NCBI GenBank assembly: GCA_965221775.1
Contig: CBDCSU010000005.1
Span: forward strand, 64,001-128,000
DNA from: Candidatus Latescibacterota bacterium
GTDB lineage: Bacteria > Latescibacterota > UBA2968 > UBA8231
Direction of reading: 5' to 3'
DNA length: 64,000 nt
Part shown: piece after piece, positions 18,567 through 31,053 of the stretch
Layout of the letters: every line of letters begins with the position of its first letter
How positions within the stretch are numbered: the first letter of the stretch is position 1
The notes under the pieces: generated by a model
Database searches by the model: none
What the model saw: only the letters and a program-made list of their open reading frames with translations
Told to the model about the DNA's origin: nothing
Position numbers and translations under genes: made by a program

Positions 18567-19187
18567 TCACGTCACCGGCCCCCGGCGGCCGCCCTCGAGG
18601 CGGACGTACTCGAAGGCGCCGGGCTCGCGGGCGCGGGCGGCGAGATAGTCCTGGCGGCGGACGGCGTACTCCTCCTTGTCGTGGTGCGAGTCCCACTTGG
18701 GCACGAAGTGCAGCCGCCGGCGCTGGTGGCGCATGCCCAGCTTGCGCAGCACGCTGCCGGAGCGCGGGTTGTGGCTCAGGTGGGAGGCGGCGATCTGCTC
18801 CAGGCCCAGCTCCTCGAAGCCGAAGGCGACGACGGCGCGACCCCCCTCGGTGGCGTAGCCGCGGCCCCAGTGGCGCCGCCCGAACCAGTAGCCCATGCCG
18901 GCGTGGGTGTCGCCGCCGCCCAGGGTCACGAAACCGGCCAGGACCCCCGTGTCCCGCACATCCACGGCGAAGCTCAGGGAGCCGGAGGACTCGTAGCCCG
19001 GGCCATGACGGGCCAGCCAGCGGCGGGCCATCTCTTCGGTGTAGGGATACCGCACCGCCACCAGGGTGGAGGCGACCTCCCAGTCCCCCACCAGGCCCTT
19101 GACCTCGGCGGACTCGGCCGGCGAGAAGGGCCGCAGGCGAAGGCGCGGGGTCTGCAGGACGGGGAAGGCGGAGGAGACCTTCCTCAT
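18567..19187 (-). CDS. GNAT N-acetyltransferase (RimJ/RimL type)
   Basis: LQTPRLRLRPF, MGYWFGRRHWGRGYATE, NPRSGSVLRKLGM; ATGA overlap with the upstream gene. Confidence 0.88.
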   Translation of the reverse strand: MRKVSSAFPVLQTPRLRLRPFSPAESAEVKGLVGDWEVASTLVAVRYPYTEEMARRWLARHGPGYESSGSLSFAVDVRDTGVLAGFVTLGGGDTHAGMGYWFGRRHWGRGYATEGGRAVVAFGFEELGLEQIAASHLSHNPRSGSVLRKLGMRHQRRRLHFVPKWDSHHDKEEYAVRRQDYLAARAREPGAFEYVRLEGGRRGPVT

Positions 19188-20428
19188 GCCGGCCCGAAGA
19201 ACGAGCCCTCGGCCTGGGCGCGCGCGTAGAGGCGGGCGAACTCCTCGGAGCCGTCGTCCTGCCGCAGCTCGAAGCGGTGGCCGCGGATCAGGCCCTCCTG
19301 GAAGCCCATCTCGCGCTCGAGGTTGGGCGGCCCCACCGAGTAGAGGGTGCGCCCCCCGGCGAAGCGGGTCACGCCGAGGACCCGCGGCATCCGGTAGGGC
19401 TCGCGCTCGGCCAGGCGGGTCAGCTCGTCCTCGCGGACCTCGACGCCGAGACCCGGTCCCTCGGGCACCGGCGAGCAGCCCTCGACGACGGGGATGCGCT
19501 CGGCCGCCAGGTCCTCCTCGTAGTTGTCGTCGAGGGTGATGGTGTGGGCCACCCGCGGCAGCACCGCCCCGAGGTGGAGGGCGAAGGCGGTGGCCAGGGA
19601 GCCGCCGGTGAGCTGGATCACCGAGGGGATGTTCGCCTTGGAGTAGGCGAAGCCGCGGTGCAGGGCGTCGCCGAAGCCGCCGCAGTACTCGCCGATGATG
19701 TAGCCGTCGGCGAGGCCGTGGATCATCTCCTGGAGGCCGCCGAGGGGCGGCACGTGCATGTAGAGGGGGATCTCGGTCTTCTCGCGCAGGCGCCGCCAGC
19801 CGTCGATGTCCCTCAGGTCCAGGGGGTCCTCGATCGAGCCCACGACCCACGACTTCTCCAGGCGCTTGATGATCGGCAGCACCACCCCCACGGAGCGGTT
19901 GTGGTTGAAGTCGTACTGGATGCGGAAGCGCTCCGGCGCGCTCTGCTCCACCGCCTCGTTCTGCTCGAAGACGTCGTAGTGGTGGCAGGTGTGCATCTTG
20001 AAGAGGTTGTAGCCCTGGTCCACGGCGCGGCGGATCTCGCGGCTCAGGACCTCGGGCGGCGCCGACCGCGTCCAGGCGGCGACGGCGACGCGGTCGCGGA
20101 GCTTGGTCCCCATCAGCTTGTACGCCGGGATCTCCAGGTGCTTGCCCATGGCGTCGTAGAGGGCCGCCGACAGGCCGAGGCACCACTGGCTCAGGCCGAT
20201 GTTGAGGTCGTGGTTGATGAAGTCGAAGGGGTTGCGCCCGATGAGGGGCTCCACGGCGGAGCGGTCGGGCGCGTAGCAGCGGTACTCGCCGTACCCGGTG
20301 ACGCCGTTGTCCAGGCTGACCTTGAAGACGACGCGCTGGTGGAGCTGCGCCATCGGCGGCAGGTAGTCGGGCAGATGCGGCCCGACCGCCGGCTCGACGC
20401 AGAAGACCTCGATGTCCTCGATTCTCAT
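19184..20428 (-). CDS. Mandelate racemase/muconate lactonizing enzyme (enolase superfamily)
   Basis: GVTGYGE, ALYDAMGKHLEIPAYKLMG, FKMH, YDFN, IEDP, VPEGPGLGVEV. Confidence 0.85.
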   Translation of the reverse strand: MRIEDIEVFCVEPAVGPHLPDYLPPMAQLHQRVVFKVSLDNGVTGYGEYRCYAPDRSAVEPLIGRNPFDFINHDLNIGLSQWCLGLSAALYDAMGKHLEIPAYKLMGTKLRDRVAVAAWTRSAPPEVLSREIRRAVDQGYNLFKMHTCHHYDVFEQNEAVEQSAPERFRIQYDFNHNRSVGVVLPIIKRLEKSWVVGSIEDPLDLRDIDGWRRLREKTEIPLYMHVPPLGGLQEMIHGLADGYIIGEYCGGFGDALHRGFAYSKANIPSVIQLTGGSLATAFALHLGAVLPRVAHTITLDDNYEEDLAAERIPVVEGCSPVPEGPGLGVEVREDELTRLAEREPYRMPRVLGVTRFAGGRTLYSVGPPNLEREMGFQEGLIRGHRFELRQDDGSEEFARLYARAQAEGSFFGPA

Positions 20429-20495
20429 GGAGCCTTCTCCCTCGGTTGCGGATTGCGGTTGCCCAGGCTGAGGAGCTGCGCCTCCGGGCCGTTCC

Positions 20496-20915
20496 TCACG
20501 GGTTGGGCGGCGAGGTGCAGATCAGGATCACCAGGGTCTCGCGGCCCGTGTTCTCGACGCCGTGCTCGCACCAGGGCGGCAGGTAGATGAAGTCGCCCTT
20601 GCTCACCTGGCGCTGCGAGTCGGCAAAGGTCATCCGCCCCTCGCCCTCGAGAACGACGTAGGTCTCCTCCGTCGGGTGCGATCCCGGCTCGAGGACGACG
20701 TGGGGCGGCACGTAGAACAGGACGAGGCCCAGGTTGCTCGCCGGCGCCTTGTCGTTGGCCGGATGCACGACGCGCACGCCGACGCCGTGGCACCCGGGGT
20801 AGACCACCGGCACCCCGTCGGCGACGCTGACGATCATCGGGTCCGGCGACTTCTCCGGCCGCGGCGGGCCCGTGGGCGGGCCGTCGTATCCCTTGAACTC
20901 GGTGATCTTCGCCAT
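20496..20915 (-). CDS. Cupin domain protein
   Basis: SHPTEETYVVLEGEG and GDFIYLPPWCEHGVENTG; AGGAG RBS. Confidence 0.85.
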   Translation of the reverse strand: MAKITEFKGYDGPPTGPPRPEKSPDPMIVSVADGVPVVYPGCHGVGVRVVHPANDKAPASNLGLVLFYVPPHVVLEPGSHPTEETYVVLEGEGRMTFADSQRQVSKGDFIYLPPWCEHGVENTGRETLVILICTSPPNP

Positions 20916-21051
20916 GCTCTCTTCCTTCTCCTCGGGTGATGGTCGGGTCCGGCGGCCGGGGAAGGTACGCAAGGCGCCCCCGCCTCGCCGGAGCCGGGCG
21001 CGGTGACTACATTGCGCCGCTCCCGAACCCGAGACAGGAGACCCCGCCGCA

Positions 21052-21882
21052 ATGATGAAGCTTGGCTGCATGTCCCTGAGCTACAAGGACGAGTTCACCG
21101 CCGGACGCCTCGACCTTCAAGGGTTCATCGACCTCGCCCACGAGCTGCGCCTCGACGGCATCGACCTGCACACCCGCGCCTTCGGCTCCGAGAGCCCCGG
21201 GTACCTGCGCAACATCCGCATGCACGCCCTCAAGCGGGGCATCGCCCTCTCCTACATCGGCGTCAGCTCCAACTTCGGCGTGCCCGCCGGCGAGCAGCTC
21301 GACGAGCAGGTGAGCGGCGCCAAGCACTGGATCGACGTGGCCGAGTTCATGGGCATCCCCCTGGTGCGCGTCTTCGCCGCCTGGATCCCCGAGGGCGAGA
21401 CCGAGGAGGCCGTGTGGGCGCGCATGATCCCGTGCCTGAAGGAGGTGGCCGCCCACGGCCGCGAGAAGGGGGTGGTGGTGGGTCTGCACAACCACAACCA
21501 CGGCTGCGTCACCCGCACCGGCCGCGACGTGCGCCGCATCATCGAGGAGGTCGACGACCCCTACTTCTCGCACATCCTCGACACCGGGCAGTACGTCGGC
21601 TCCCCCGGCGCCAGCGGCCAGCGGGGCCATGAGGACCCGTCCCTGAACTTCTACGGATCCATCGCCGAGACCGCCCCCCTGGCGGTGCACGTGCGCTGCA
21701 AGATCTACCGGATCCAGTCGGGGACCGAGGAGTGGCTCGACTATCCCCGCATCTTCGAGATCCTGCGCGGCGTCGACTTCAACGGCTGGTGCTCCATCGT
21801 CTACGAGGGCCAGGACGTGGAGGCCGAGACCACGGCGGTGCCCAAGGCGGTCGCCTACCTGCGCGGCCTGATGAACGCCTGA
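21052..21882 (+). CDS. Sugar phosphate isomerase/epimerase (xylose isomerase-like TIM barrel)
   Basis: KLGCMSLSY, VRVFA, GLHNHNHG, ILDTGQY, LDYPRI, FNGWCSIVYEG. Confidence 0.85.
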   Translation: MMKLGCMSLSYKDEFTAGRLDLQGFIDLAHELRLDGIDLHTRAFGSESPGYLRNIRMHALKRGIALSYIGVSSNFGVPAGEQLDEQVSGAKHWIDVAEFMGIPLVRVFAAWIPEGETEEAVWARMIPCLKEVAAHGREKGVVVGLHNHNHGCVTRTGRDVRRIIEEVDDPYFSHILDTGQYVGSPGASGQRGHEDPSLNFYGSIAETAPLAVHVRCKIYRIQSGTEEWLDYPRIFEILRGVDFNGWCSIVYEGQDVEAETTAVPKAVAYLRGLMNA

Positions 21883-21886
21883 GGCT

Positions 21887-23080
21887 TCAGGCCCTCTCCC
21901 AGCCCTGCACGAAGCCCTCCAGGGTGATCTCCGCGGGCAGGCTCTCGAAGCGGTAGCTCATCGGCCCGGACTGGTACCCGGGCACGTACTCCTCGCCGCC
22001 CGGGGCCTTCAGCATGTCGTCGAGGGGCTCGAACCGCCGCCACAGGGCTTCCAGCTCATCGCCCGTGAAGCGCGGCTTCAGCTCCCGGTCCTGGGTGAAG
22101 TCGCCGCCGTAGCCCGGGCGCTCGGGGTGGCTGCCGCGGGCCAGCTTGCGGGCCAGCTTCGACAGCAGGACGAGGCAGACCTCGCGCATCGATTCACCAG
22201 GGTGCAGGCGCGCCACGGCCGCGAGGAAGGCCGGCGCGTCGGCGGCGATGGCGGCGCGGAAGGCGGATTCCATCAGGTCGCACTCGGCGTCGTAGAGGTC
22301 GCGGTGCCGGCGCCAGGCCTCCCGGTGGGAGTCACCGAGGAAGGGGGACGGGTCGCCGCGCCGGTGCAGGCCGGCCACGTAGGGCAGCAGGTCGCCGCCG
22401 AGGCTGCGGTGCCCGAAGTGCACGGTGCGCCGCCGCCTGCGGCTGTAGTCGCTGCCCCAGTGCAGGATCAGGTTGGTGTAGACGACGCCGTCGCCGGCGG
22501 CCAGCTCCACCCGCACGCCGCCCGGCAGCGGCCGCCGCGGATCCTCGGCGAGGGCCGCGTTCTCGGCGGCGGTGTTCGGCCGCCGGTGGCTGCCGGGCAC
22601 CACCCACAGGAGATCGTCGTCGTGCAGGGGCAGGTTCCACTGCAGGTACCCGGGGCCGTTGGCCAGCAGGTCCCGCTGCAGGCCGGTGATCGGCGCCTGA
22701 TCGATGGGATGGATGTCCCGGTGCCAGGCGGCGGGACCGTGGTCGCGCACCGGGTTGCACATCATCATGAACTGGGTCGGCGCCGCCTCGGCTCCCATGA
22801 TCCGGCGGCTCACCTCCAGGGGCCGGCCGAGGAGCAGCTCCACCGCCGCCGCGGACTCGCCGTCCACCAGCCCCTCGTAGCCGACCAGCCGCGGCTGGGG
22901 TGACGTCTCCCAGACGCCGCCCGGCGGGTCCTCCGGGCCCCGCTCGCGGCGCCAGATCTCGCGCTGGCGGTCGACAAGGCCCTCGAAGACGCCGCGCAGG
23001 CGGTCCAGCTCCGATGGCGGGACGGCGTTGCGGACGATGCAGAAACCGTTCTCCAACAGCTCTGCCCGGAGATCGCTCAT
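21887..23080 (-). CDS. PhyH-family dioxygenase with C-terminal extension
   Basis: LLENGFCIVRNAVP, WHRD, LWVVPGSHRR, AGDGVVY...ILHWG. Confidence 0.8.
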   Translation of the reverse strand: MSDLRAELLENGFCIVRNAVPPSELDRLRGVFEGLVDRQREIWRRERGPEDPPGGVWETSPQPRLVGYEGLVDGESAAAVELLLGRPLEVSRRIMGAEAAPTQFMMMCNPVRDHGPAAWHRDIHPIDQAPITGLQRDLLANGPGYLQWNLPLHDDDLLWVVPGSHRRPNTAAENAALAEDPRRPLPGGVRVELAAGDGVVYTNLILHWGSDYSRRRRRTVHFGHRSLGGDLLPYVAGLHRRGDPSPFLGDSHREAWRRHRDLYDAECDLMESAFRAAIAADAPAFLAAVARLHPGESMREVCLVLLSKLARKLARGSHPERPGYGGDFTQDRELKPRFTGDELEALWRRFEPLDDMLKAPGGEEYVPGYQSGPMSYRFESLPAEITLEGFVQGWERA

Positions 23081-23207
23081 GGCCGGCGGTCCTGTGAGAG
23101 GGGGTGAGTGGCTCGCGCGCCCCCGCAGGGGCACGCCGAGTGAAGCCCCTCGATGGCCGGGGCGCAACCGGGGCCATTCCGGCCCCGGGCCTCGGGGTTC
23201 TCGCGCG

Positions 23208-24098
23208 CTAGGGGATCCCCAGCTCGGCGCGGAATCCCTCGTCCTCCAGCGACTGCAGGTTCCAGTACGGGCGCCGCACCGAGGCCAGCAGCTCGCCGCT
23301 GGCGCCGGAGGAGTCCTGCCAGCGCAGGATCCGGTGCGGGTACTCGGTGTCGACCCACACGGTCTTCTGCCGCTGACCGTAGCTCCAGGTCCACGGCACG
23401 GCCCCCCGGCTCCGGCCCTGCACCTCCACCTGCTCCCGCCGGCCCTTGCCCAGGACCGCCTCCACCAGCGCCCGCGGGCGGTGACGGAGGCGCAGCTCCC
23501 ACAGGCCGGGCAGCAGCATCACGCCGCGGCTCTCCCCCTCCTCCATCAGCGGCCCCCGCAGCTCGCGGATGCGGATCAGCAGGTTGTCCTCGCTGACGAA
23601 CTCCGGCGGCCGGTCGAGGCGCCAGGACTCGCGCCCCACGCCCTCGAAGTAGCTGAACAGCTCCCCGTGGACGGCGCCGCCGCGCACCTGCGCCTCCTCG
23701 AAGACGTGGCCGCACCACTCCTGGGCGGTGAAGGTGATGCGCAGGGGCTCGAAGGGCCGGCCGCCGGCCCCGGGCTCCACGGCGCTGAAGACGGAGGTCA
23801 TCATCGAGTAGTCGTAGATGCCGGTGGTGAAGCGCAGCATCCGGTTGAGCTTGAGGGCGTAGATGCGGTCCGACTTGGGCGTGTCCGGGCTCTCCACCTT
23901 GATGCGGGTCCCGGCGTGCACGTCCTCGGTGACGAAGACGAGGACGGCATGGCCCTCGCGGGGCTCGCCGTAGCGCGGCTGCACCACGCGGTAGCCGGAC
24001 AACTCGGCGCGGCCGTCGGCCCAGTGCCCGTAGAAGTCCTGGGCCCGGGCCGGCGCCGCCGCCGTCAGCAGGGCGAGGGCCAGAGTCGTTGCTCTCAC
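23208..24098 (-). CDS. Conserved hypothetical exported protein
   Basis: GGAGG RBS and GTG start; signal peptide RATTLALALLTAAAPARA; HWADGRAELSGY...PRYGEPREG...FVTED, FTTGIYDYSMMTSVF, QEWCG. Confidence 0.7.
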   Translation of the reverse strand: MRATTLALALLTAAAPARAQDFYGHWADGRAELSGYRVVQPRYGEPREGHAVLVFVTEDVHAGTRIKVESPDTPKSDRIYALKLNRMLRFTTGIYDYSMMTSVFSAVEPGAGGRPFEPLRITFTAQEWCGHVFEEAQVRGGAVHGELFSYFEGVGRESWRLDRPPEFVSEDNLLIRIRELRGPLMEEGESRGVMLLPGLWELRLRHRPRALVEAVLGKGRREQVEVQGRSRGAVPWTWSYGQRQKTVWVDTEYPHRILRWQDSSGASGELLASVRRPYWNLQSLEDEGFRAELGIP

Positions 24099-24350
24099 GT
24101 CGGTTCCTCCCCGAAGAGGGCCCGCCATCGGCGGGGCCCGGGTGATGAAGGGCCGGTGACGCCGGCATCCACGCGGGTCGAGGCCCGCGCGGCCCGGCGG
24201 GCGCAATGTAGGTGCAGCCCCCGGAGAGGATAAAGCCCCGGGCCGGGCGTGCACCCGCGGCAACGGAGCCTCCAGCTCCCCTGCGCCGGCCCGGGATTCG
24301 CCGTTGCATTGTGGCCCGGCGTGGCTATATTTGGGCGCACCGATCATCCG

Positions 24351-24364
24351 TTAGGCATGCCATA
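24351..24364. promoter_or_regulatory. Putative DtxR/MntR-family operator upstream of feoA
   Basis: TTAGGCATGCCATA, a near-palindrome fitting TTAG-N6-CTAA, about 34 nt before the feoA start. Confidence 0.55.
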
Positions 24365-24397
24365 CACCGCTTCGATAGCCCAAACGGCGGAGGCGCC

Positions 24398-24685
24398 ATG
24401 AGAGCCTTTCTGGAGTGGTTCCAAGGGAGCGCGGAAGGGGATCTTCCCGAGAAGGGCCGCCTCTCCGAGTGGCGGCGCGACGCCGAGGCCGTCGTCGTCG
24501 ACCTGCCCGGGACCGACCGCCTGTCGGCGCGGCTGCGCGAGTTGGGGATCCTGCCCGGCGTGCGCCTCCGGGTCCTGCGCACCGGCAGCCGCCTCGTGGT
24601 GCAGATCGGCGAGGACCGTTTCGCCCTCCGACGCGCCGACGCCGCCGCCATCGTCGTGAGCGCCGCCGGACCCGCGGCGGCGTGA
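24398..24685 (+). CDS. feoA: Ferrous iron transport protein A
   Basis: GGAGG RBS; RLRELGILPGVRLRV, RFALRRADA. Confidence 0.88.
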   Translation: MRAFLEWFQGSAEGDLPEKGRLSEWRRDAEAVVVDLPGTDRLSARLRELGILPGVRLRVLRTGSRLVVQIGEDRFALRRADAAAIVVSAAGPAAA

Positions 24686-26847
24686 CGGTTTCGGTCGGCC
24701 TCGTCGGCAACCCCAACACCGGCAAGTCCACCCTCTTCAACGCCCTCACCGGTCTCTCGCAGCGGGTCGGCAACTACCCGGGCGTGACCGTCGAGCGCAA
24801 GGCCGGCTCCCTGCGCCTGCCCGACGGGGCCGAGGCCGAGCTGGTCGACCTTCCCGGCGTCTACAGCCTCTCCGTCGACGCGCCCGACGAGCGCATCGCC
24901 GCCGAGGTCCTCCTCGAGGGCCGCCGCGACGAGATCGACGCGGTGATCGCCATCGTCGACGCCGGCAACCTGCGGCGCAACCTCTACCTGGTCTCCCAGC
25001 TCCTCGAAGGGGACCTCCCCGTCATCGTCGCCCTCAACATGTGCGACGTCGCCGAGGCCCGGGGGGTGCGGATCGACGCCGCCGGCCTCGAGGCGCGCCT
25101 GCGGACGCCGGTGGTGCCCATGGTCGCCAATCGAGGCCGGGGGATCGATGAGCTGCTCCGCCGGCTGGCCGAGGCGCTGAAGGAAGGGCGCCCGACCCGG
25201 CAGCCGCCTCCCCTGCCCCCGGAGCTGGCAGGCCCGGTCGACCGCCTGCTGGCCGCCTCCGCGGAGGCGGGCGCGGCCCCGACCCGGCAGCAGGCGCTGC
25301 GCGCCCTCGTCGACGAGGGCGGCCCCTCGGAGCAGCGGCTGATCGAGGCCCGGGGCGACGGCTTCCGGCGACGGCTCTCCGACCTGCGCAACGGCGCCGG
25401 CGTCTCCGCTCCCCTCTCGGCGATCGAGTCCGAGGCCCGGTATGCCTGGATCGGGAAGGTCCTCGACGGCTGCGTCCAGGAGGAGGACCCCCTGGGCCGG
25501 AGCCACTCCGACCGCATCGACCGCGTCCTCACCCACCGCGTCTTCGGGCTGGCCGCCTTCCTCGGGGTCAGCGCCCTCCTCTTCCAGGGCATCTACGCCT
25601 GGGCGACACCCGCCATGGACCTGGTGGAGACCGCCGTCTCCACCCTGGGTGCCGCCCTTGGCTCCTCGCTGCCCGCGGGCCCCCTGCGGAGCCTGCTCGT
25701 CGACGGCGTCGTCGCCGGCGTGGGCGGCGTCCTCGTCTTCCTGCCCCAGATCGCCCTCCTCTTCCTGCTGATCGGGATCCTGGAGGACTGCGGCTACATG
25801 GCTCGCGCCGCCCTGCTCATGGACCGGCTCCTCGGCCGGCTGGGGCTCTCCGGACGCTCCTTCATCCCCCTGCTCTCCAGCTTCGCCTGCGCCGTGCCGG
25901 GAGTGATGGCGGCGCGCACCATCGCCGACCGGCGGGACCGCTTCGTCACCGTCCTCGTGGCGCCGCTCATGAGCTGCTCCGCCCGGCTGCCGGTGTACGC
26001 CCTGTTCATCGCCGCCTTCATCCCCGAGCGCGCCCTCCTCGGCGGCTGGCTCGGGCTCCAGGGCCTGACCCTGCTGGCCATGTACTGCCTCGGCGCGCTG
26101 GTGGCCGTGCCCGTCGCCTGGTTGCTGCGCAGGACCCTCCTGCGGGGGGAGTCGAGCCCCTTCCTGCTGGAGCTGCCGGCCTACAACTGGCCGACGCCGC
26201 GCACCGTGCTGCTGCGCGTCTACCAGGCCAGCCGCGCCTTCGTCGTGCGCGCCGGCAGCGTCATCCTCGCCGCCACCATCGTCATGTGGGCCCTGGCCTA
26301 CTACCCGCGGTCGTCGGAGATCGGGGCCCGCTACGAGGTCGAGCGCGCGGCCGCCGCGGTCCTGGCGGAGGAGGCAGCCCGCGAGTCCCGGCTCGCCGAC
26401 ATCGACCGGTCCGAGGCCGCCGACTATCTGCGGTCGAGCTACCTCGGGCGCGCCGGCCAGAGCCTGGAGCCGGTCTTCGAGCCCCTGGGCTGGGACTGGC
26501 GCCTCGGCATGGCCGCCCTCGCCTCCTTCCCGGCCCGGGAGGTGGTGATCTCCGCCCTGGGGACCATCTACAGCCTCGGATCCGACGTGGACGAGACCTC
26601 ACCGGACCTGCGCGACGGGTTGCGCCGGGCCACCCGGGCCGACGGCAGCCCCGCCCTGAACGTGCCCGTGGCCCTGTCGGTGATGGTGTTCTTCGCCCTC
26701 TGCGCCCAGTGCATGTCCACCCTCGCCGTCATCCAGCGCGAGACCTCCAGCTGGGCCTGGCCGGTCTTCTCCTTCGTCTACATGACCGCCCTGGCCTACG
26801 CCGGCGCCTTCGGCACCTACCGCCTGGGCGTGTGGATGGGCTGGTGA
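24682..26847 (+). CDS. feoB: Ferrous iron transport protein B
   Basis: GTGA overlap; GNPNTGKS, GNYPGVT, DLPG, NMCD; LEDCGYMAR, FACAVPG, MSCSARLPVY, AREV, CAQCMST. Confidence 0.95.
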   Translation: MTVSVGLVGNPNTGKSTLFNALTGLSQRVGNYPGVTVERKAGSLRLPDGAEAELVDLPGVYSLSVDAPDERIAAEVLLEGRRDEIDAVIAIVDAGNLRRNLYLVSQLLEGDLPVIVALNMCDVAEARGVRIDAAGLEARLRTPVVPMVANRGRGIDELLRRLAEALKEGRPTRQPPPLPPELAGPVDRLLAASAEAGAAPTRQQALRALVDEGGPSEQRLIEARGDGFRRRLSDLRNGAGVSAPLSAIESEARYAWIGKVLDGCVQEEDPLGRSHSDRIDRVLTHRVFGLAAFLGVSALLFQGIYAWATPAMDLVETAVSTLGAALGSSLPAGPLRSLLVDGVVAGVGGVLVFLPQIALLFLLIGILEDCGYMARAALLMDRLLGRLGLSGRSFIPLLSSFACAVPGVMAARTIADRRDRFVTVLVAPLMSCSARLPVYALFIAAFIPERALLGGWLGLQGLTLLAMYCLGALVAVPVAWLLRRTLLRGESSPFLLELPAYNWPTPRTVLLRVYQASRAFVVRAGSVILAATIVMWALAYYPRSSEIGARYEVERAAAAVLAEEAARESRLADIDRSEAADYLRSSYLGRAGQSLEPVFEPLGWDWRLGMAALASFPAREVVISALGTIYSLGSDVDETSPDLRDGLRRATRADGSPALNVPVALSVMVFFALCAQCMSTLAVIQRETSSWAWPVFSFVYMTALAYAGAFGTYRLGVWMGW

Positions 26848-27058
26848 ATCCGGTGGACTGGCAGACTCCCCTGACCGTCCTTCTCGCCGCGGGCTGCGCG
26901 GTCTTCCTCCTCCGTGGCTGGCTGCGCCCCTTGTTCTCCCGCGTGGCCGGCGCCTGCGGCGGCTGCCACAGTTGCGGTCACGACGAAGAGGAGGGAGATC
27001 CGGGACTCGTGCAGATCGACACTGGCGAGGTGTCCGGCAAGAACGGGGCCTCCGCCCG

Positions 27059-27062
<4 letters not shown>
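26844..27062 (+). CDS. FeoB-associated Cys-rich small membrane protein
   Basis: GTG overlapping the feoB TGA; one TM helix (LTVLLAAGCAVFLL) then CGGCHSC. Confidence 0.75.
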
Positions 27063-29650
<2,588 letters not shown>

Positions 29651-29755
29651 CGTTCCTCCTCGGCGGATTCGGTGATGACGGCGCGGACGTCCGACGGCCC
29701 TCGGCCCCCGGCTGCCGGGACCTTGGCGGTGCGGGATCGGATCCGGCCCATGGGG

Positions 29756-30679
29756 CTAGGCCTCCAGGGTGGAACGGTACGCGAGACCGGCGGCGACGGC
29801 GAAGGCGCCCGGCGGACGCCCGCTGCGCTCCAGCCCCCGGGAGGCCTCCGGCCGGCGGTCCAGGCCGCTGAAGGGGTCCAGGACGGCGACGCTGTCGGCG
29901 AGACCGGCCAGCCCCTCGGCGTGGGCGGGACCCTCGGGCCCGCTCAGCCACAGGGCGCGGGGCGGCTCTGCCCCGAGCTCTTCCTCCAGCATCTCCCCCA
30001 GGGGTCCCGCCAGGCCCTCGCCGCCGCGGCCGTCGGCTGGCAACACCCTCTCGGCCTCGTACTCCCCTTCGTGCAGCAGGACCGCCCGCGCCTGCCGGGC
30101 CTCGCCGTGGACGATGAGGTCGACGCCCTCGGCCGCCGACGGGCGGCTGCCCTCCAGGGCGTGGCACAGGGCGAAGGAGGCCATGTCGAACCCGGGGGCG
30201 TCGACGCCGGACTCCTCGCAGAGGGCGTTCCAGCGGGCCAGGAGCTCCCGGTGCGCCGCGGCGACGAAGCCGTGGCGCCGGGTCACGAGGTAGTCGACGA
30301 CGTAGTCGTCCAGGTCGTCGCCCAGGAGCTGACCCGCCTCCCAGCGCAGGTGGTCCCGGCTCGGCGCCTCCGCCCCCGGCAGCACCGGGCGGCGGCGGAG
30401 AAGGGTGGCCGCACCGCCCAGGGGGAGATAGGGCCGGCCCCGCGGCAGGCCGAGGTCCCGCAGCTGGCGCAGGGCCCCGGCCAGTCCGCGGCGGGCGTCC
30501 TCGTCGGCCAGGTCCTCCGGGAGGCGGGGCGCCTTCTCCAGGGCGGCGGCCGAGCAGTGGGTCAGGGACAGCCGGCCCCGGCGGCGGGTCAGCCCCACGG
30601 CGTACACGGCGTCGGCGCCGAAGTGGATCCCCGTGTGGTGAGTCGTTGCGCGCCAGCCGCGCACGGGAAGGGCCCTCAA
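29756..30679 (-). CDS. Hypothetical protein, weakly PilM-like (degenerate actin-like fold)
   Basis: TGIHFGADAVYAVGL at the N-terminus, LRWEAGQLL...VVDY, and C-terminal FAVAAGLAYR resemble PilM; TTGA overlap with comEA. Confidence 0.5.
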   Translation of the reverse strand: MRALPVRGWRATTHHTGIHFGADAVYAVGLTRRRGRLSLTHCSAAALEKAPRLPEDLADEDARRGLAGALRQLRDLGLPRGRPYLPLGGAATLLRRRPVLPGAEAPSRDHLRWEAGQLLGDDLDDYVVDYLVTRRHGFVAAAHRELLARWNALCEESGVDAPGFDMASFALCHALEGSRPSAAEGVDLIVHGEARQARAVLLHEGEYEAERVLPADGRGGEGLAGPLGEMLEEELGAEPPRALWLSGPEGPAHAEGLAGLADSVAVLDPFSGLDRRPEASRGLERSGRPPGAFAVAAGLAYRSTLEA

Positions 30680-31053
30680 TCCGCCGTCACCAGGGGGCGG
30701 AGCCGCTCCACCGTGCGCGGCCCGATCCCCTTGACCGCGGTGAGGTCGTCGACGGCGGCGAAGGGGCCGTTGGCCTCGCGGTGGGCGATGATCGCCGCGG
30801 CCGTCTTCGGCCCGATGTGGGGCAGGCTCTCCAACTCGGTTCGGGTGGCCTGGTTGATGGAGACGATGGGCGGCGGGAGGTGGACGACCGACTCGGGAGC
30901 CGCGGGCGGCACTTCCACCGCCTGCGGGACGACGTGGAAGTCCTCGAGACGGTCGGGGCTGTGGTGATCGACGACGGCCACCGCCGAACCGACCAGCAGG
31001 GCGCCGCAGAGGAACAGCACCGCCACCTGCTCCTGGCGATTGAGGTGTATCAC
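30676..31053 (-). CDS. comEA: ComEA-family helix-hairpin-helix DNA-binding membrane protein
   Basis: GTG overlapping the sprA stop; N-terminal TM; INQATRTELESLPHIGPKTAAAIIAHREANGPF...VKGIGPRT. Confidence 0.88.
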   Translation of the reverse strand: MIHLNRQEQVAVLFLCGALLVGSAVAVVDHHSPDRLEDFHVVPQAVEVPPAAPESVVHLPPPIVSINQATRTELESLPHIGPKTAAAIIAHREANGPFAAVDDLTAVKGIGPRTVERLRPLVTAD

